Assembly (NCBI RefSeq): GCF_006345805.1
Contig: NC_043008.1
Location: forward strand, 32,178,001 to 32,242,000
DNA length: 64,000 nucleotides
Reading direction: 5' to 3'
Origin: Octopus sinensis
Lineage: Eukaryota
Part shown: in pieces, positions 14,857-28,249 of the stretch
Numbering within the stretch: the first letter of the stretch is position 1
How the letters are laid out: each line of letters starts with the position of its first letter
Position numbers and translations under genes: made by a program
Notes under the pieces: generated by a model
Told to the model about the DNA's origin: nothing
Databases searched by the model: none
Seen by the model: the letters and a program-made list of their open reading frames with translations, nothing else

Positions 14857-15537
14857 CATACATACACACATACATACATACATAAAAGTAATGTTTGTCG
14901 CCACCCTCTAGCTGGGTATTGATGCAATCTGCACCCGATATATATTGTGAGCAGGAGAGCGAACGTCTGCCATCTTCTAGCGACCTGACAGTAGTGGATA
15001 CTTGTCCGCTAGAGATAACAGTAGTTCATTCCAACTCACAATATGTAGAGAAATAAGTGACAACCAGCTACTCTGTTCGTTGCAAGATCAGGGACTGATT
15101 GTCACTTGTTTTGAAAAGATGTCTCCTGCTATAGCCATGAACTGATCGATGTATTGTGCATGAAATAGGTAGATGAGAGCCACACATACACACAGACACA
15201 GACACACACACATACACGCGCACACACACACACACACACACACATACACACACAAACAAACACAAACACATACACACATTTATTCAGATGATAAGGCTTA
15301 CAAAACTAGCCGTGGTTCATTAAGTTTTGAATTTCGAAATAACCAACTCTGATGATCAATACAATAGAAAAACCACTAGTCTTGTAAGTGATATTATCTG
15401 AGTAAACAAATATCTCTTCTCTAATGAATATTGTTGAGTACTATATCTTAAATTATTTTTCTAGTAGGTTTTTAAATGGTATTCTGTTTATATGCTTGTT
15501 TGTACATTAAATGTATGTGTATGCATCTGTATATATG

Positions 15538-15630
<93 letters not shown>

Positions 15631-16399
15631 TAGGTCTACCTTTACATTGACACAGCTTGAAAAAAAAATCTTCTTTATGTCACGTAACTTAGCAATGAGA
15701 TAAATAGAGATCATTAAAATAAGGACCGGACTTGAAAAAAAATTATGTTCTGAGATTCATATGACCGGCTAAAATCTTTCAAGGTGGTGCTCCAGCATGG
15801 TTGCAGTTAATGACTAGAACAAACAAAAATGTAACTATTTTAGGTTAACGTGGTTAACTGTAGTAGAACAGTGGTTAGACATTTACCGAAGTTGAAAGTT
15901 AGTTCCAGAGATATGTTGGTTTGACTCAAAAAGGATTTGATTATGTGGTTAATAATTCTCGATATTTTATTTTCTACTAGTTTCAGTCTTGGACTGCAGT
16001 CATAATGGGGCACTGCCTTGATGAGGTTGGTCGAGAAAATAGACCGCAGTTCTTGATTAAGCTTGGTACTGATTCTGTTGACCTCTTTTGCCGAACCGAT
16101 AGTTACGGGTACTTAAACAAATCAACACCGGTTGTCAAGAGGTGATGGGGGTACAAATACAAACACAAAAACACACACATAGAAAACATAATATATGCAT
16201 AGTAATAGCCGTACACAGTTAGTGCTCAAGGTTGACTTAAAGCCTAAAACTCCAACCTGAACTGCAACTGAAAGCAAAGATGTTACAATTGCATAATGAC
16301 AATTGGGTACAGGTAGTTTATCAATTGAGCAGGTACATGTATGTATGTATGTATGTATGTATGTATGTATGTATGTATGTATGTATGTATGTATGTATC

Positions 16400-17400
16400 T
16401 GTAGCGGACTCTCTCTCTCTCTGTTATATATACATAAGTATGGACGTAGTAGATAACAGCTAGCCTTCGGCCGCTTGTACCCTGTTGTGTCCACTACTCT
16501 GATTGGTTGGTTTTGGCGCAGTTTGTCTCTTGCTCTGTTATGCGCCAATGTGCAACCCAACCAATCGCAGCCCTCTGATAAGGTCACGTGAGACAGTCTT
16601 TTCTAAACCTCAGTTGCGCCGATAGAATTGTATAAAAAAGCTAGTTTCAACACGTATTTCAACACGTATTTCGTGTTTGGTTCTAGACCTTCTAAGGTCT
16701 AACTACTGACCACAGAGCACACAGCCTGTTACAGCGACAGACAACACCAGCAGCTCACATGGAGACTCAACTTCGTCCAGCAGCATCAAGACCTCCATCT
16801 CTGTCGCCTCCGTCTTAACGTCGTCAACATCTCTCTACGTACACAGCAACCGTCGCACGGGTTATCTCCTCACTGTTTGTGAAATACTTCACCATGGTTA
16901 ACAGCAAGCTCAACCTGCGAGAACCTTCTGTACCAAGTAACCCGGCAGCATCATTGTAGTCACCATTTCTTCGTACAACACGTACCGCACAGGCTCTGCT
17001 ACTTTGCCTCAACTTCTTGTTATAACACTTCAACTAATGTGTACCTTACTACGAACTGGTATTTATCTTCTTTGTGTCTGAACATTCTTCTAGCATCCTT
17101 TTATAGATTCTTTCAATGCTCTGTACTTATCGCACACATATACATCCTTGTTTGCACACATACACTTTGTATACATTACGGCCTGTCTATTTTTATTATT
17201 ATCATGCATATATAACGCACACACAGACACACATCTTGACCCATCAATAAAATCTTTCTCCTAAACATTCTACGGTTGTGTCGTTTCTTTTCCTTCTGGC
17301 ACTCATGCTCATTTATTCTTTTCGCATTTATTGTAATCGACGGTGTGGTGTATTAAAGGAGCTCATTCATCGTCACCAATCCTTCGCACGGTCGTTCTAC

Positions 17401-17401
<1 letters not shown>
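16400..17401 (+). mobile_element. Solo-LTR-like element (1002 bp) inside a (TATG)n array
   Basis: TGTAG...CTACA inverted termini. CCAAT motifs (16499-16566), CACGTG at 16585, TATAAAAA at 16631 and AATAAA at 17246. No coding capacity. Confidence 0.65.
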
Positions 17402-17431
<30 letters not shown>

Positions 17432-17473
17432 TGTATGTATGTATGTATGTATGTATGTATGAATGTATGTATG

Positions 17474-17505
<32 letters not shown>

Positions 17506-17527
17506 TGTATGTATGTATGTATGTACG

Positions 17528-18150
17528 TGTGTATAGCAGAATGAATTGACAAAATAAAAGCAAGCAAATTATTTTCTCTTCCTGGGATTTATAGTTGTTT
17601 GGACGTAGCAGAGAACACTTAAATATAAAGACCAGGTTGTAACCATTGTTCTGATTGGCTAGTCTTTAGGAATCAATTAATCAGATGCGCTAAAATGGAC
17701 CACGTGTTCTCTTGGCGGAAAAATAAAACTATCACCAACTTCTGGGAGTTTTCTTGTCTCTATAAGAAGGATAGTTCTTGACTGTTCTTGGTCTTTGGCA
17801 TTCGCCATTGACCACAGGCAACTCGTGTCCGGCAACAATGTATCTGACACCAGTCAGTCTCCGTTTACATCTCCACCAGACGCCTGTCTACATCGTCGCT
17901 GTATGAACACTACACGATCAACCGAGGAACGGCTGCCTCTACAAACCACCAACAGTACAAGATCAACATTCCAGCCTAACCACGAAGTTCTCTCACACAT
18001 CCTTGTTGTAACCTGTTATGGTATTTTATTTCATGTATGGTATTCATTGTATTTCACAACAGAGAATAAATCGTCGCTTACCCGTTCATTTCATCTTAAG
18101 TTATATATATCCATTTTTACATCACCCTCATTTACTCCTCTCTGTTATGT
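17528..18150 (+). mobile_element. Second, diverged solo-LTR-like element in the same (TATG)n array
   Basis: Same motifs in the same order as 16400-17401: TGGACGTAG.AGA.AAC, CTGATTGG, CACGTG (17701), TATAAGAA (17761), TGACCACAG, AATAAA (18065). The termini are degenerate. Confidence 0.55.
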
Positions 18151-19101
18151 ATGTATGTATGTATGTATGTATGTATGTATGTATGTATGTATGTATGTAT
18201 GTATGTATGTATGTATGTATGCACGTATGTAAGTATGTATGTATGTATGCATGTATGTATGTATGCATGTATGTATGTATGTATGTATGTATGTATGTAT
18301 GTATGTATGTATGTATGTATGTGTATGTATGTATGTATGTATGTATGTATGTATGTATGTATGTATGTATGTATGTATGTATATGTGTGTGTGTGTGTAT
18401 GTGTGTGTGACGGGCTTCTTTCAGTTTCGGTCTCCGCAAACCCATTCACAAGGCTTTGGTCGATCCGAGTCTGTAGCAGAAGACATTTATCCAAGGTGTC
18501 ACTACTATGTTTTATCATTTAATTTAACAAATTGAATGCTTCATCTGCAACCATCGTAGATGCACATGCCAGCCTTGCCATCGGCCAAATTAAAGCTTTT
18601 CCACCAAAAAGGGATAAATACTCGCTGTTTATTTCTTGATGTTGCTCAACCCCTCGTTTCGTAACCGTTGAATACACCTTCAACTTCGAGTTTGACCATG
18701 AATGATCATATTTGTTGTAGGTAGAATGTTTTGGTGCCGTGTTACATGACCAAACTCTTTTATTTTCTGCCTTTTCACAAATGACAGAAGAGTTTCTTAG
18801 TTCGAAGTTTTTCGAAAACATTTTTTCTTTAATATTCACATTAATTAACATATAACTGCATGATAATATTTCTTCTATCAATCTTGAGGATATTACAAAT
18901 TTCGTTATCGAAAAGTCAGATGACAGAAAAATTGCTGATAGCTAGTTTTATTCTTGTATTGTCTTTTGATCTGGTTCAGGGTCTATTAACAGCAATTTAC
19001 CACTAGATATGAGAATATGATCGAAGTACATTTTCAATACACCGCCTCAGTGGGTTTTCAGCAACAAACTTACTGTCACTAAAGTTTTCATTCGTCTACT
19101 A

Positions 19102-19444
19102 CAGTGGTTCTTAACTGTGTATGCAAGATAGTGAACTGGGGATCCACAGTAGTATGTTAAGGGAGAGTAAGAAAAATCATCCTTTAGGTATATTTATTGC
19201 AAGAAATTGTTAGGTTTCTTTCTCTAATGTTCTACATAGTCCAAAATATTTCTGGTAACTGAAACATGTTCTCTTAGAGAGTACGAGTGCAAACCTATGC
19301 AAGTGGATGCGTGAAAAACAAAATAGGAATTTTGAAAGAAGTATCTATAAAACTAGATTTTAAACATGAAATGGCTATGAGTGTTCTCCAGGATAAAATA
19401 ATAACCAAAGGGGTCCATAGATAAAAAATGGTTGGGAATCACTG
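19102..19444. mobile_element. hAT-like MITE
   Basis: TIRs CAGTGGTTCTTAAC / GTTGGGAATCACTG. The 8-bp flanks gtctacta / gtttgcta match at 6 of 8 positions. Confidence 0.65.
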
Positions 19445-19946
19445 GTTTGCTAAGACACTTTGTTAAATTAGTTTCTTTTTTATTGCTCACAACATAAATC
19501 TCCTGTATTGCAGGGAACACTTGTACTCAATCCTGAGTAAATCAGCAAATCCTTAAACAATAGGAAAATAGTGTCTGTGTGTGTATGAGTGTGTTTGTAT
19601 GAGTGTGTTTGTATGAGTGTGTGTGTATGTGGTGGGGGTAGTGTGGGATACAATAGTTTAAAAAAATAACAATACAGTTGAAAATTTGCATTCTGTCCTT
19701 CTTTTGTGAGTTATAAGCAAATAATTTGATAATGTGGCATACTGCTTTTTAATGATTAATAAGTAAAGTTATATTTAAAACAAAGGTGAATCAGACCTGG
19801 AAGAAAACCAAAACTTTTCATCTATCGTTTTACATTCATCGTTTATTATGTCTTTGTTAAGCTGTGCAAAGGACATCATTTGGTCTGTGTTATTTTAGTG
19901 TGCAGTCTACTGCGGTATCCGTAGTCTTGTGAAATGATTTGATCTG

Positions 19947-20010
19947 GGTTAGGATTAACATAAGGGTTTAGGATTAGGGTTAAGGTTTAGGGTTAGGGTT
20001 TAAGGTTAAA
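19947..20010 (+). repeat. Degenerate interstitial (TTAGGG)n-like tract
   Basis: ggttaggatt...agggtttaggattagggttaaggtttagggttagggtttaagg. Confidence 0.6.
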
Positions 20011-20617
20011 CAGCCCGCTAAAATGCAGATGGTCTGTAGATCGCACGATAAATTGACACCATTTGGTCTTAACCCACCGTGCATGTACGCTCTAAATTTC
20101 TGTAACATTGACGTCAGTAATTTTTTCGCAAATGCATGTATGCACACACGCTTTGTAACAATGTGGTTTCGGGTTCAGTCCCACTGCACGGCACCTTCGG
20201 CAAGTGTTTTGTATTACAGCCGACTTTGATTTAACGCTTGGACCTTAAATGCTTAAGAGTAAACCGTATATAATTATGTGAATTAATGTGTTTAAAATCT
20301 TGTTTACATTTTAATTCTATAATAGTTTTTAACTTAGGCAACTTAGAAGACACACACACACACACACACACATACGTTTGTACACATATACATACAAGGT
20401 AAGAATGTATATACATATATGTATACATGTATAAATAAATATTAGGTCACTCTTAACACTACTGGTAACATGTAACCAAACCAAACCAACTTGGTAAGAA
20501 GAGTAGGTTTCGTTGGACGCCCTGCAGGATGAAAGGCAAAGCCTGTTAAAGAACGTATGAATTCAGTAGAATCAATGGCCAGCTGGGAGTGAGAGAATCC
20601 TAGTCTTCGCTTAGATA

Positions 20618-21130
20618 TCTATATATATAAAACTGTAGTTGTGTGAATGTCTGTCCCCTTCGATTTAGATTCCTAACTACTCCCACATTTTGCGGTGCAG
20701 TTTAACCAAATTCGGGTATCTTATAGTCGTGATTCATATCGAGCCCGTCTGAGTATTAGCGCGCGTCTACGAGGAGTCTACGATTTTAAAAATAATTTAA
20801 CATCATTTTTTATTCCATTTTAATGCATAATTTTTCGTGTGTCGATGGCGGCGGAGTTGGCGTCCATGGTCACACCTGCACCTGTTTGCTTCTCCCCCTT
20901 CTTCCCTCCCTCGTGAAGCTGTGGGGAAGGGAGTTTAAGGAAATCAACGTCGTAAAGCGTTATCAAGGAGACCAGCGTTCTTTTAGAACAACGACTTCAT
21001 GGCTTGAAGACACCAAAACAGAAATGGCTAAGAAAGCCCAAATTGGCATCTATAAGGGAAGTAACTCTCTAAAAATGCTTATATAGTTATTTCCCTTACA
21101 AACCCGAGCAACGCCGGGCGATACTGCTAG
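20618..21130 (+). mobile_element. Non-autonomous Helitron, copy 1 (513 bp)
   Basis: 5' TC(TATATA), 3' hairpin CCCGAGC-AAC-GCCGGG and then CTAG. Inserted between A and T. Confidence 0.85.
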
Positions 21131-22018
21131 TCTTTCTATAAGAAGGAAAACGCTGAAATAACATTTGTAATTTCGTTTGCTTCCAATGATGAAGACTTGT
21201 CCTTATTTTTGGGGAAATGCATACATTATTTCAATAGCGAGATTGGATCTATGCAAGACATTATCCGCTCCTTAAAAAGTTTCAGGCACATGTGTCGCTT
21301 AATTTCTAACATTTCTATTATGTTTTTCAAACTTTAGAAGACACTCACCCAAAGCATCTCACAATGGGACTGAACCCGGAACCATGAGGTTTGGAAGCAA
21401 ACTTCTTACCACAAAGCCACATCTACACGTATCTTTTGCTGATGTATCTTCTTGATTTTTCATTTACATGTTTCAGTCTTTAGACTGAGGCCATGATGGG
21501 GCACCTCCAGTACTTATATTTTTTAATGTCTGGTACTTATTCTTCAGTTACTGTCGCCGAGAAAGATAAGACTCTAAAAAATTCTATGATGGAACGGAAG
21601 AATGTGCCAGCATGGGTGATAAGCTCTTTGAACACCTGCTGCAAAAGGCACTCATCATTGATACACCTGTGCGAAAACTTGCAGGTTCTTTGCTGGACCG
21701 AAAGCCACATTTACAATGCTCATTCTTTAAGGAAACAGTTAAGCGATAGTATTGCTGGAAATGGAGCTGCAGTCATCATATATGTAAATACACACACACA
21801 CACGCACACGCACACACACAACACACACACACACACACACACACACACATCTACATACACGTATATTGGTAAATACATATTTAAAGAAACTGGCTGAACC
21901 ATAATACAAGACGAGGAACTCAATACCTACTCAGATAAATCTAAAACGAAAGAAACACTACGAGTTTTGTACATGCCCTCCACACATAAATGTGTGCGTC
22001 TGGGTATGCATGCGTGTG

Positions 22019-22049
<31 letters not shown>

Positions 22050-22085
22050 CACACACACACACACACATACATACATATATATATA

Positions 22086-22315
22086 TACGAGAAGATACTG
22101 AAAAGTTCCTGGCTTTAAGAATATTGCAAAAGGCCTGGTTGGAGGCCTAACATTCCGAGTTCTTTTACAGGGCTTAGAAAAAACGAAGAACCGTTACAAT
22201 AAGTTCGTAAATCTGAGGCTGGGAGGGGAATATGTAGTATAAAATCATAACTGATTCTCCTGTATTTTCTTTTATCCAAAGTTAGGCTCTTTTCAGCACC
22301 CATCACCCGGTATAT
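22086..22315. mobile_element. Mariner-type MITE (partial second copy at about 47845-47975)
   Basis: TACGAG..GATACTGAAAAG / CTTTTCAGCACC...GTATA termini next to TA dinucleotides. Confidence 0.55.
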
Positions 22316-23747
22316 ACAATAAAGAAAGCATCAAATACCATTCGTTTATTTTAATATATCACAGCAGATTGTTTTTCTTTTGCTTTATCTCATTTATTGA
22401 GGTCTGCTTCAACAAGAGAGATAGAAAGAATGGGGAAAAGGAGAGAGAGGGAGAGAAAATAGGAAGAGTGTTTGTCCTGTTTGGAATTTACACAGTGTGT
22501 TACAAATAGATAATGTTAGTGTGAAAAGCAGTGTAAGCTAGTCATCTCGGCATCGGAACTACATGGTTGGGTAAGATTTATTCTACTGTACAATGCCAGC
22601 CCATTGAGTGTTGGCACCGACAGTATTCATTTTATCTACACTAGAAAAAAAAATGAAAGACAAAGTTGACGTCAGCGAGATTTGAACTCAGAACGTTAAT
22701 AGCAGGAACAGCTGTTGCAATGAATTTTGTCTAACTCTTCACCTTTCTTTATACCATATTTCTGTAGACGTATACCGACTTTGTTTCAATTAATTTAGGA
22801 AACAATGAAGAACTTTTGTGAAGTAAATGAAATTATTAAGTTACTGTTTAGAACATAAATCAGCATTGAATTTTGATAGAAGGTCTTAATTTAAAACATC
22901 AAAATAGAAACAGCAGCAATCAATGTAATTCAATCTAAACATTGTACCAAAAAGAAGCACCGTGGAACAGTAATTGTGAAATTCTCTGCCGCCGCTTAGG
23001 CCATCATCATGGGTCTACAGCTAACAAAGAAGCTTTTACGTAGCCACTTAAACTGCTAAGGATAAGAGTTAAATTCCTGTTAAATCATATCAAATCGTTC
23101 AAGTGATATTTATGACTTCATTGTACTTTTATTAATATTACATTGTACATAATGTACTATTAGATGGGTGATATAGGAAAAAAATGGGATGGTCATTGCT
23201 AGAATACTGTTGATCATAGAGCTGTTGAATGAGGAATGACTGAGGCTAATCAACAACAAAAGCTATACTGAAACAGAGGGGACAGTGAAAAGGGTACAAC
23301 ATTTTCATATAATTAACCTCAGTGTGGTTTTCAATTGTACAGAAGTATGGCATATCGACTAAATAGAAATATGGGATAAAACAGTTAGATACAAGTATGC
23401 TAAATAATATACGGCATAGTCTTGACTTATTAAAATTATCCCCGCCTTTAGAAGATGTGTTATAATTACTAAATGGTAGTTAAGATCAGCTGCACTTGAG
23501 AAGGGGAGATAACATCAAGATTGAAGGCCTCACTGAAACTGACATGTCAAGGAAATAGGCAGGTTTATTGTCTGTAGACAAGAGAAAAGTTGTGGTCACT
23601 TGTTTCTGGTTCAATAGCCATCATCGGCACAAATTGCCCATGGTTATTCAGTAGATTACTTACCTTAGAGTAATTTAATCAAAGATGACATAGGACTGAA
23701 CAACAACAACAACAATTATAAATATGACAACAATAATAACTACTTAC

Positions 23748-23963
23748 AAGGATCGACAGGCTCGAAACGGCCATTACAATTGTTGTTGAGAAATTCACGG
23801 CATCTCAGCTGTACAGAATCAAAGAGTTGTGGGTATTTGCATTCTACGGTGAACATCTCGTAATACCCCCACATTGCTGATTCGCTGCTTAAACTGCAGT
23901 TGTAGTACAAGTGGCATTTCTTGGGATGTGGTATGATCCCGCTCTGTGTCAAGCAAGGAGAAT
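23748..23963 (-). CDS. Coding exon 2: one CBM14-like module, symmetric phase 1-1, 216 nt
   Basis: Acceptor TTTTCTTCCAG|AT and donor T|GTAAGT. Translates (D)SPCLTQSGIIPHPKKCHLYYNCS...ECKYPQLFDSVQLRCREFLNNNCNGRFEPVDP(C). In frame with both neighbouring exons. Confidence 0.9.
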
Positions 23964-24372
23964 CTGGAAGAAAATTTAGACAAATATGTATAAGTTATAA
24001 GTTTCTTTATTTTCTCTCTCAGGACACGAATAGAAGAAATCTCACTGAAATATATTTCTCCAAAAAAGAACACAAACACAAGATTACAAAACAACCAGAC
24101 AGAATAGCTGTTTTTTAATAGAAATGTTTACAAGAAACCGACGCAATTGGCAATATCCACCATACATTTTTATGAATGTTGTAAGTCAAATAGTAAAAAC
24201 GTGCCAGGACAGTTTGTTGCCGGACAATTTGTCTCCAGCATCGTCAGAATGTCACCAGGTTATGTCATTCTGTTATTCTGGATTCACTTTGTATTATTTC
24301 TCTTTTATCTACTTTTCAGTTCAAATTGCGCACATAAAAAAAATACCAGTCTGAACTAGTTTTATTTAATAT

Positions 24373-24583
24373 AAGTTTCAAATTTTGGCACAAGGCCAGC
24401 AATTTCGGGAAATGGATTAAGTTAAGTCGATTACATCGATCCCAGTATTAAAATCTAATCGATGCCGAAAGGATGAAGAGTAACGTTAACCTCGGCGGAA
24501 TTTGAACTCAGAACGAAAGAACGGTCGAAATGCCGATAAGTATTTTGCCCGGTGTACTAACGATTCTGCCAGCTTGCCGCCTT
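24373..24583 (-). mobile_element. tRNA-derived SINE family B (about 210 bp)
   Basis: AAGGCGGCAAGCTGGCAGAATCGTTAG head, GAGTTCAAATTCC B-box and CTTTCATCCTTTCGG body. Other minus copies are at about 2488-2693, 13066-13275, 13968-14172, 22600-22735, 33925-34050 and 35139-35275. Confidence 0.85.
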
Positions 24584-24704
24584 AGTTTTATTTAATATTG
24601 ACTACATAACAAGTTAGGATTCTAGTTAAGAAGCCTACCATTAACTTGGCCGCCTGCATGCAAAACATTTCAGAGTAGAACTAAAAAAAGTTTTGTTGAA
24701 CAAA

Positions 24705-24763
<59 letters not shown>

Positions 24764-25130
24764 CAGTGTGTGTACATGTATGTGTCCGTATCTCTCTCTC
24801 TCTCTAACCATCTAATTGTCTCCCCCTCTCTGTATACATAGATATACATACATGTACACACACACACACATATGAATATACATACTTACACGCATATACA
24901 CACATACAATGAGAAGAATACTGACGAATCTATGACATATCAGAGGTGCAAAATCGTGCGTGCTAGTCTTGATTTTAACAGACAAGAATTCTAACGAAGT
25001 TAAGAAGTGGAATTTGATTTCGTTATTGCATATTTTACCACTCGCACACCTTTGCAGGACCATAAGACATTCTAAGTGGCTTGCCACTCCACTTATTATA
25101 CATGTCAAGTTTTCCATTACTTGTAAAGCT

Positions 25131-25342
25131 AAAGCGGCGAGCAGGCAGAATCGCTAGCATGCCGGGCGAAATGATTAGCGGCTTTTCATCCGTCTTCACG
25201 TTTTGAGTTCAAATTCCACCGAGGTCTACTTTGTCTTTCATCTTTTCGGGGACGATATAAGTACCAGTTGAGCACTGGGTTCGATGTAATCGACTTACTC
25301 CACCCACCCGAAATTGCTGGCCTTGTGTCAAAATTTAAAACC
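25131..25342 (+). mobile_element. SINE family B, plus-strand copy
   Basis: Same consensus. Other plus copies are at about 40110-40295, 47010-47135, 53207-53420 and 60045-60218. Confidence 0.85.
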
Positions 25343-28218
25343 ATTACTTGAAAATTTTCCTACGTTGACAATAATGCAAAGTTTGTAGAACTTTGGAAAG
25401 TTTGAAACGAAATTAATATTTGCAAGTGAGAAGACATTTTGATGTCTGAAATAGTGCAAGAAAAAAATAACAGAGTTTAAGAATTATTGAATGGCTGGTG
25501 ATTCTGGACTAACTTAATTTGATGTTAGAACAATCCTGCAGGCAGCATAATTACAACCAGATGTCTTAATGTATTCTATGTATTCTTTTTAGAAGCTAAA
25601 TGTTTCAGTAAATTACTTGTGGGTAGAGTTCAAGTCCGAAATACTGGATTTTCGCTATTTTCACGGAAAGATTACCCCATCTTGTCTAACTAAGGGAGAT
25701 ATGTAGTAGATTTTCCTGAGAAAATAACTTCTGGCAATGGGTTATCATTCTGTCCATGAAAACATTAGCTTTGCATTATTTTCTATCACTGATGATACAG
25801 CCATGTTTGAGCAGCGGTATTATGTAAGGCTCCTTGTGGTTTCAAGAATAAATTAAGTGTAAATGTGTGGTTAAAACTGAAGGTTTTTGAAAAAACATCA
25901 AAAGCAAAAACGCAAACCTGATGGATTAGTCTACTATTTGATAAGCCTTAAATCAATAACTACCAAGGAAACTTGTAAAGCTGCTTGCTGTCGTTTTAGC
26001 GTTACTGTTCCAGTTGTTGTTGATGCCTCTTCTTTGCTTTATATTGATCTCGGCTTCAATTCTGTGAGCTTTGTATGCAAGGCTTATATTAGTCTTGAAC
26101 TTTGTCCAAAATGAAAACTATCAAGATGGCTTCTGTTCTTAAGAAGCATTGTTATTATGTTATTATCGTTGATGATGTTTGGTTTTTATAATTACTAAGA
26201 TTTTTAACCTTGGTCAGTTTTGGTCAAAGACGATCCAAATGTGATCATAAAGGTCTTGTTTTATATATTTTATATATTCAACTAAGTTATCCAATATGTT
26301 CTTCTGTCTGTTGTTTTCATTGTTGTTATTGTCAACTGTGAACCAGCAGATTTATGATCAAAGGCATTGCATTCAGGACCAATATCAAACATATTATATC
26401 TACGACTTTTTTATTCAATGCACCCTTCCTTTTTCTAAAATGATAGGGATGATTTGAAGGAGATTTGGTTTCTATTTCTAGCAAGGCCAGTGACTCTGTA
26501 GAGATTTTCTGCTGGTTTTTCACACAATTTTCTTGCCTGACTCATCTAAATTACACTACATAAAAACTTCATTTCTAAATGATATTCGGTATAAATTTGG
26601 AACTAAACATCAGTTTAGAAACAATAACCACGTCGATCTTATCGATCATGGAGTGCCATAGACTTAACAATGTCTTCCTTTTGATCAAACCAATAAATAT
26701 AAAATGTTCGAAGCTGAAGAATGCTACCTAATATCACTTCTCTGGATTTACGTAAAAGCGAAGTGAACGTTTTAACCGCATAACAATGTCACTTGGTTTC
26801 ACGATGTGCATGGGGAGGTAATTCCCGAGGGCTGCAGTTCTGAAGAGGAGTGAAGTGATTAGATAAAGTGCGTTTAGTGAAGGATTTGAGGGATGAAATA
26901 CAAAAATAATGAGAGGAGAGTAAAAAGTGGTTCTTTTGGGTAGAGGTACCTCGATAGGAGGTAGTAGGTAGTTTCAGAATGAAGATACAAGAAGCAGCGA
27001 GGTGAAATGATACTAGCCTGAACCAATAGTTGCAGCGTGACGCGTTACCTTTTACAAAGCAAACTAATATCTTTCAACACTTTCTAACACTTTGCTTGGC
27101 GTATGTTTCTTATGCTGACGTAAGAAAATCAATCTCTTCAACTCGCTACCTCATTGAGCATCAGCGCCAATGTAGTTAAACATCCTTAGGCTTAATTAAT
27201 AAATATTTCTCGACAACTCGTCGTTACAGAATGTTATTTAATAGAATCAATCAGAAACTAAGTTGGTGTACATCAAACATGAAAAATATGATTATAAGCC
27301 CAACTGGATGTGAGTTTTTGTTCTTTTATTCGTTTGGTTTAGAGAAAAGGCTGTGCCCAAGGTCTTCGCTGCCCCCCACTCCGAGATTGAAAAAATCGAT
27401 GTGATTAATGTTTCTCTTAATTAGTTATAAGTCGACGGCAGCAGAAAAAAAAATCTAGGAAACAAGGGAATTCCAGCGGATTGACGGTCTGGGAAGGAAG
27501 GGTTTGGTCTTACAATGGACATGATCTGAGTAAAGGGAAGAGGAGAGAATTTTGGGAGTTCCTGAGTTAAAGCGCACGAGACAAACCAACTATAAATTGC
27601 AAAAGTCACTATTGTAGCGATAGAAGAGGAAACTTGATAGTGAATCAACTGTTGAAGGGAGCGGGTACTTCACGCTAATCCATGGAATACTCTATATTGT
27701 AATAAATATCATTCACACACTTCCGTGTGTGAATGATATTGTTAAGGTCAACATTTACTCACTCGCGACTACTTCTAAACTTTGTCACTAATTCAGTTTT
27801 TTACCAAATTTGATGATGTTTATACAATTTTAGATTGGTCACCTCTAAAGCTACATTTTGAGATACAAAATTTGAAATTTGGTTCAGGAGAGAAAAAAAT
27901 TGAGATTTCAAATATGTGAGTTTAAAAAGTGGAGAATAACTCCCGAAATCGACTTCAGGGATACACACGCGACGGTGCAGAAATACTTTCGTAAATACAC
28001 ACACATCCCCCCCCCCCCACATTCACATAGACATAAGTAACTTTTAAAACGTCCATGAAAGGAAACAAAGGTGTGTGTGACGAATACGTAGCTTTAAGGA
28101 GAGAGGGGTTAAGTTGACAACAATTGATGACAAGTGGACTTTTTACTGCTGCCCATCATAAATAAACACTCACACACAAACACTCACACATACATACATA
28201 CATACATACATACATACA

Positions 28219-28249
<31 letters not shown>

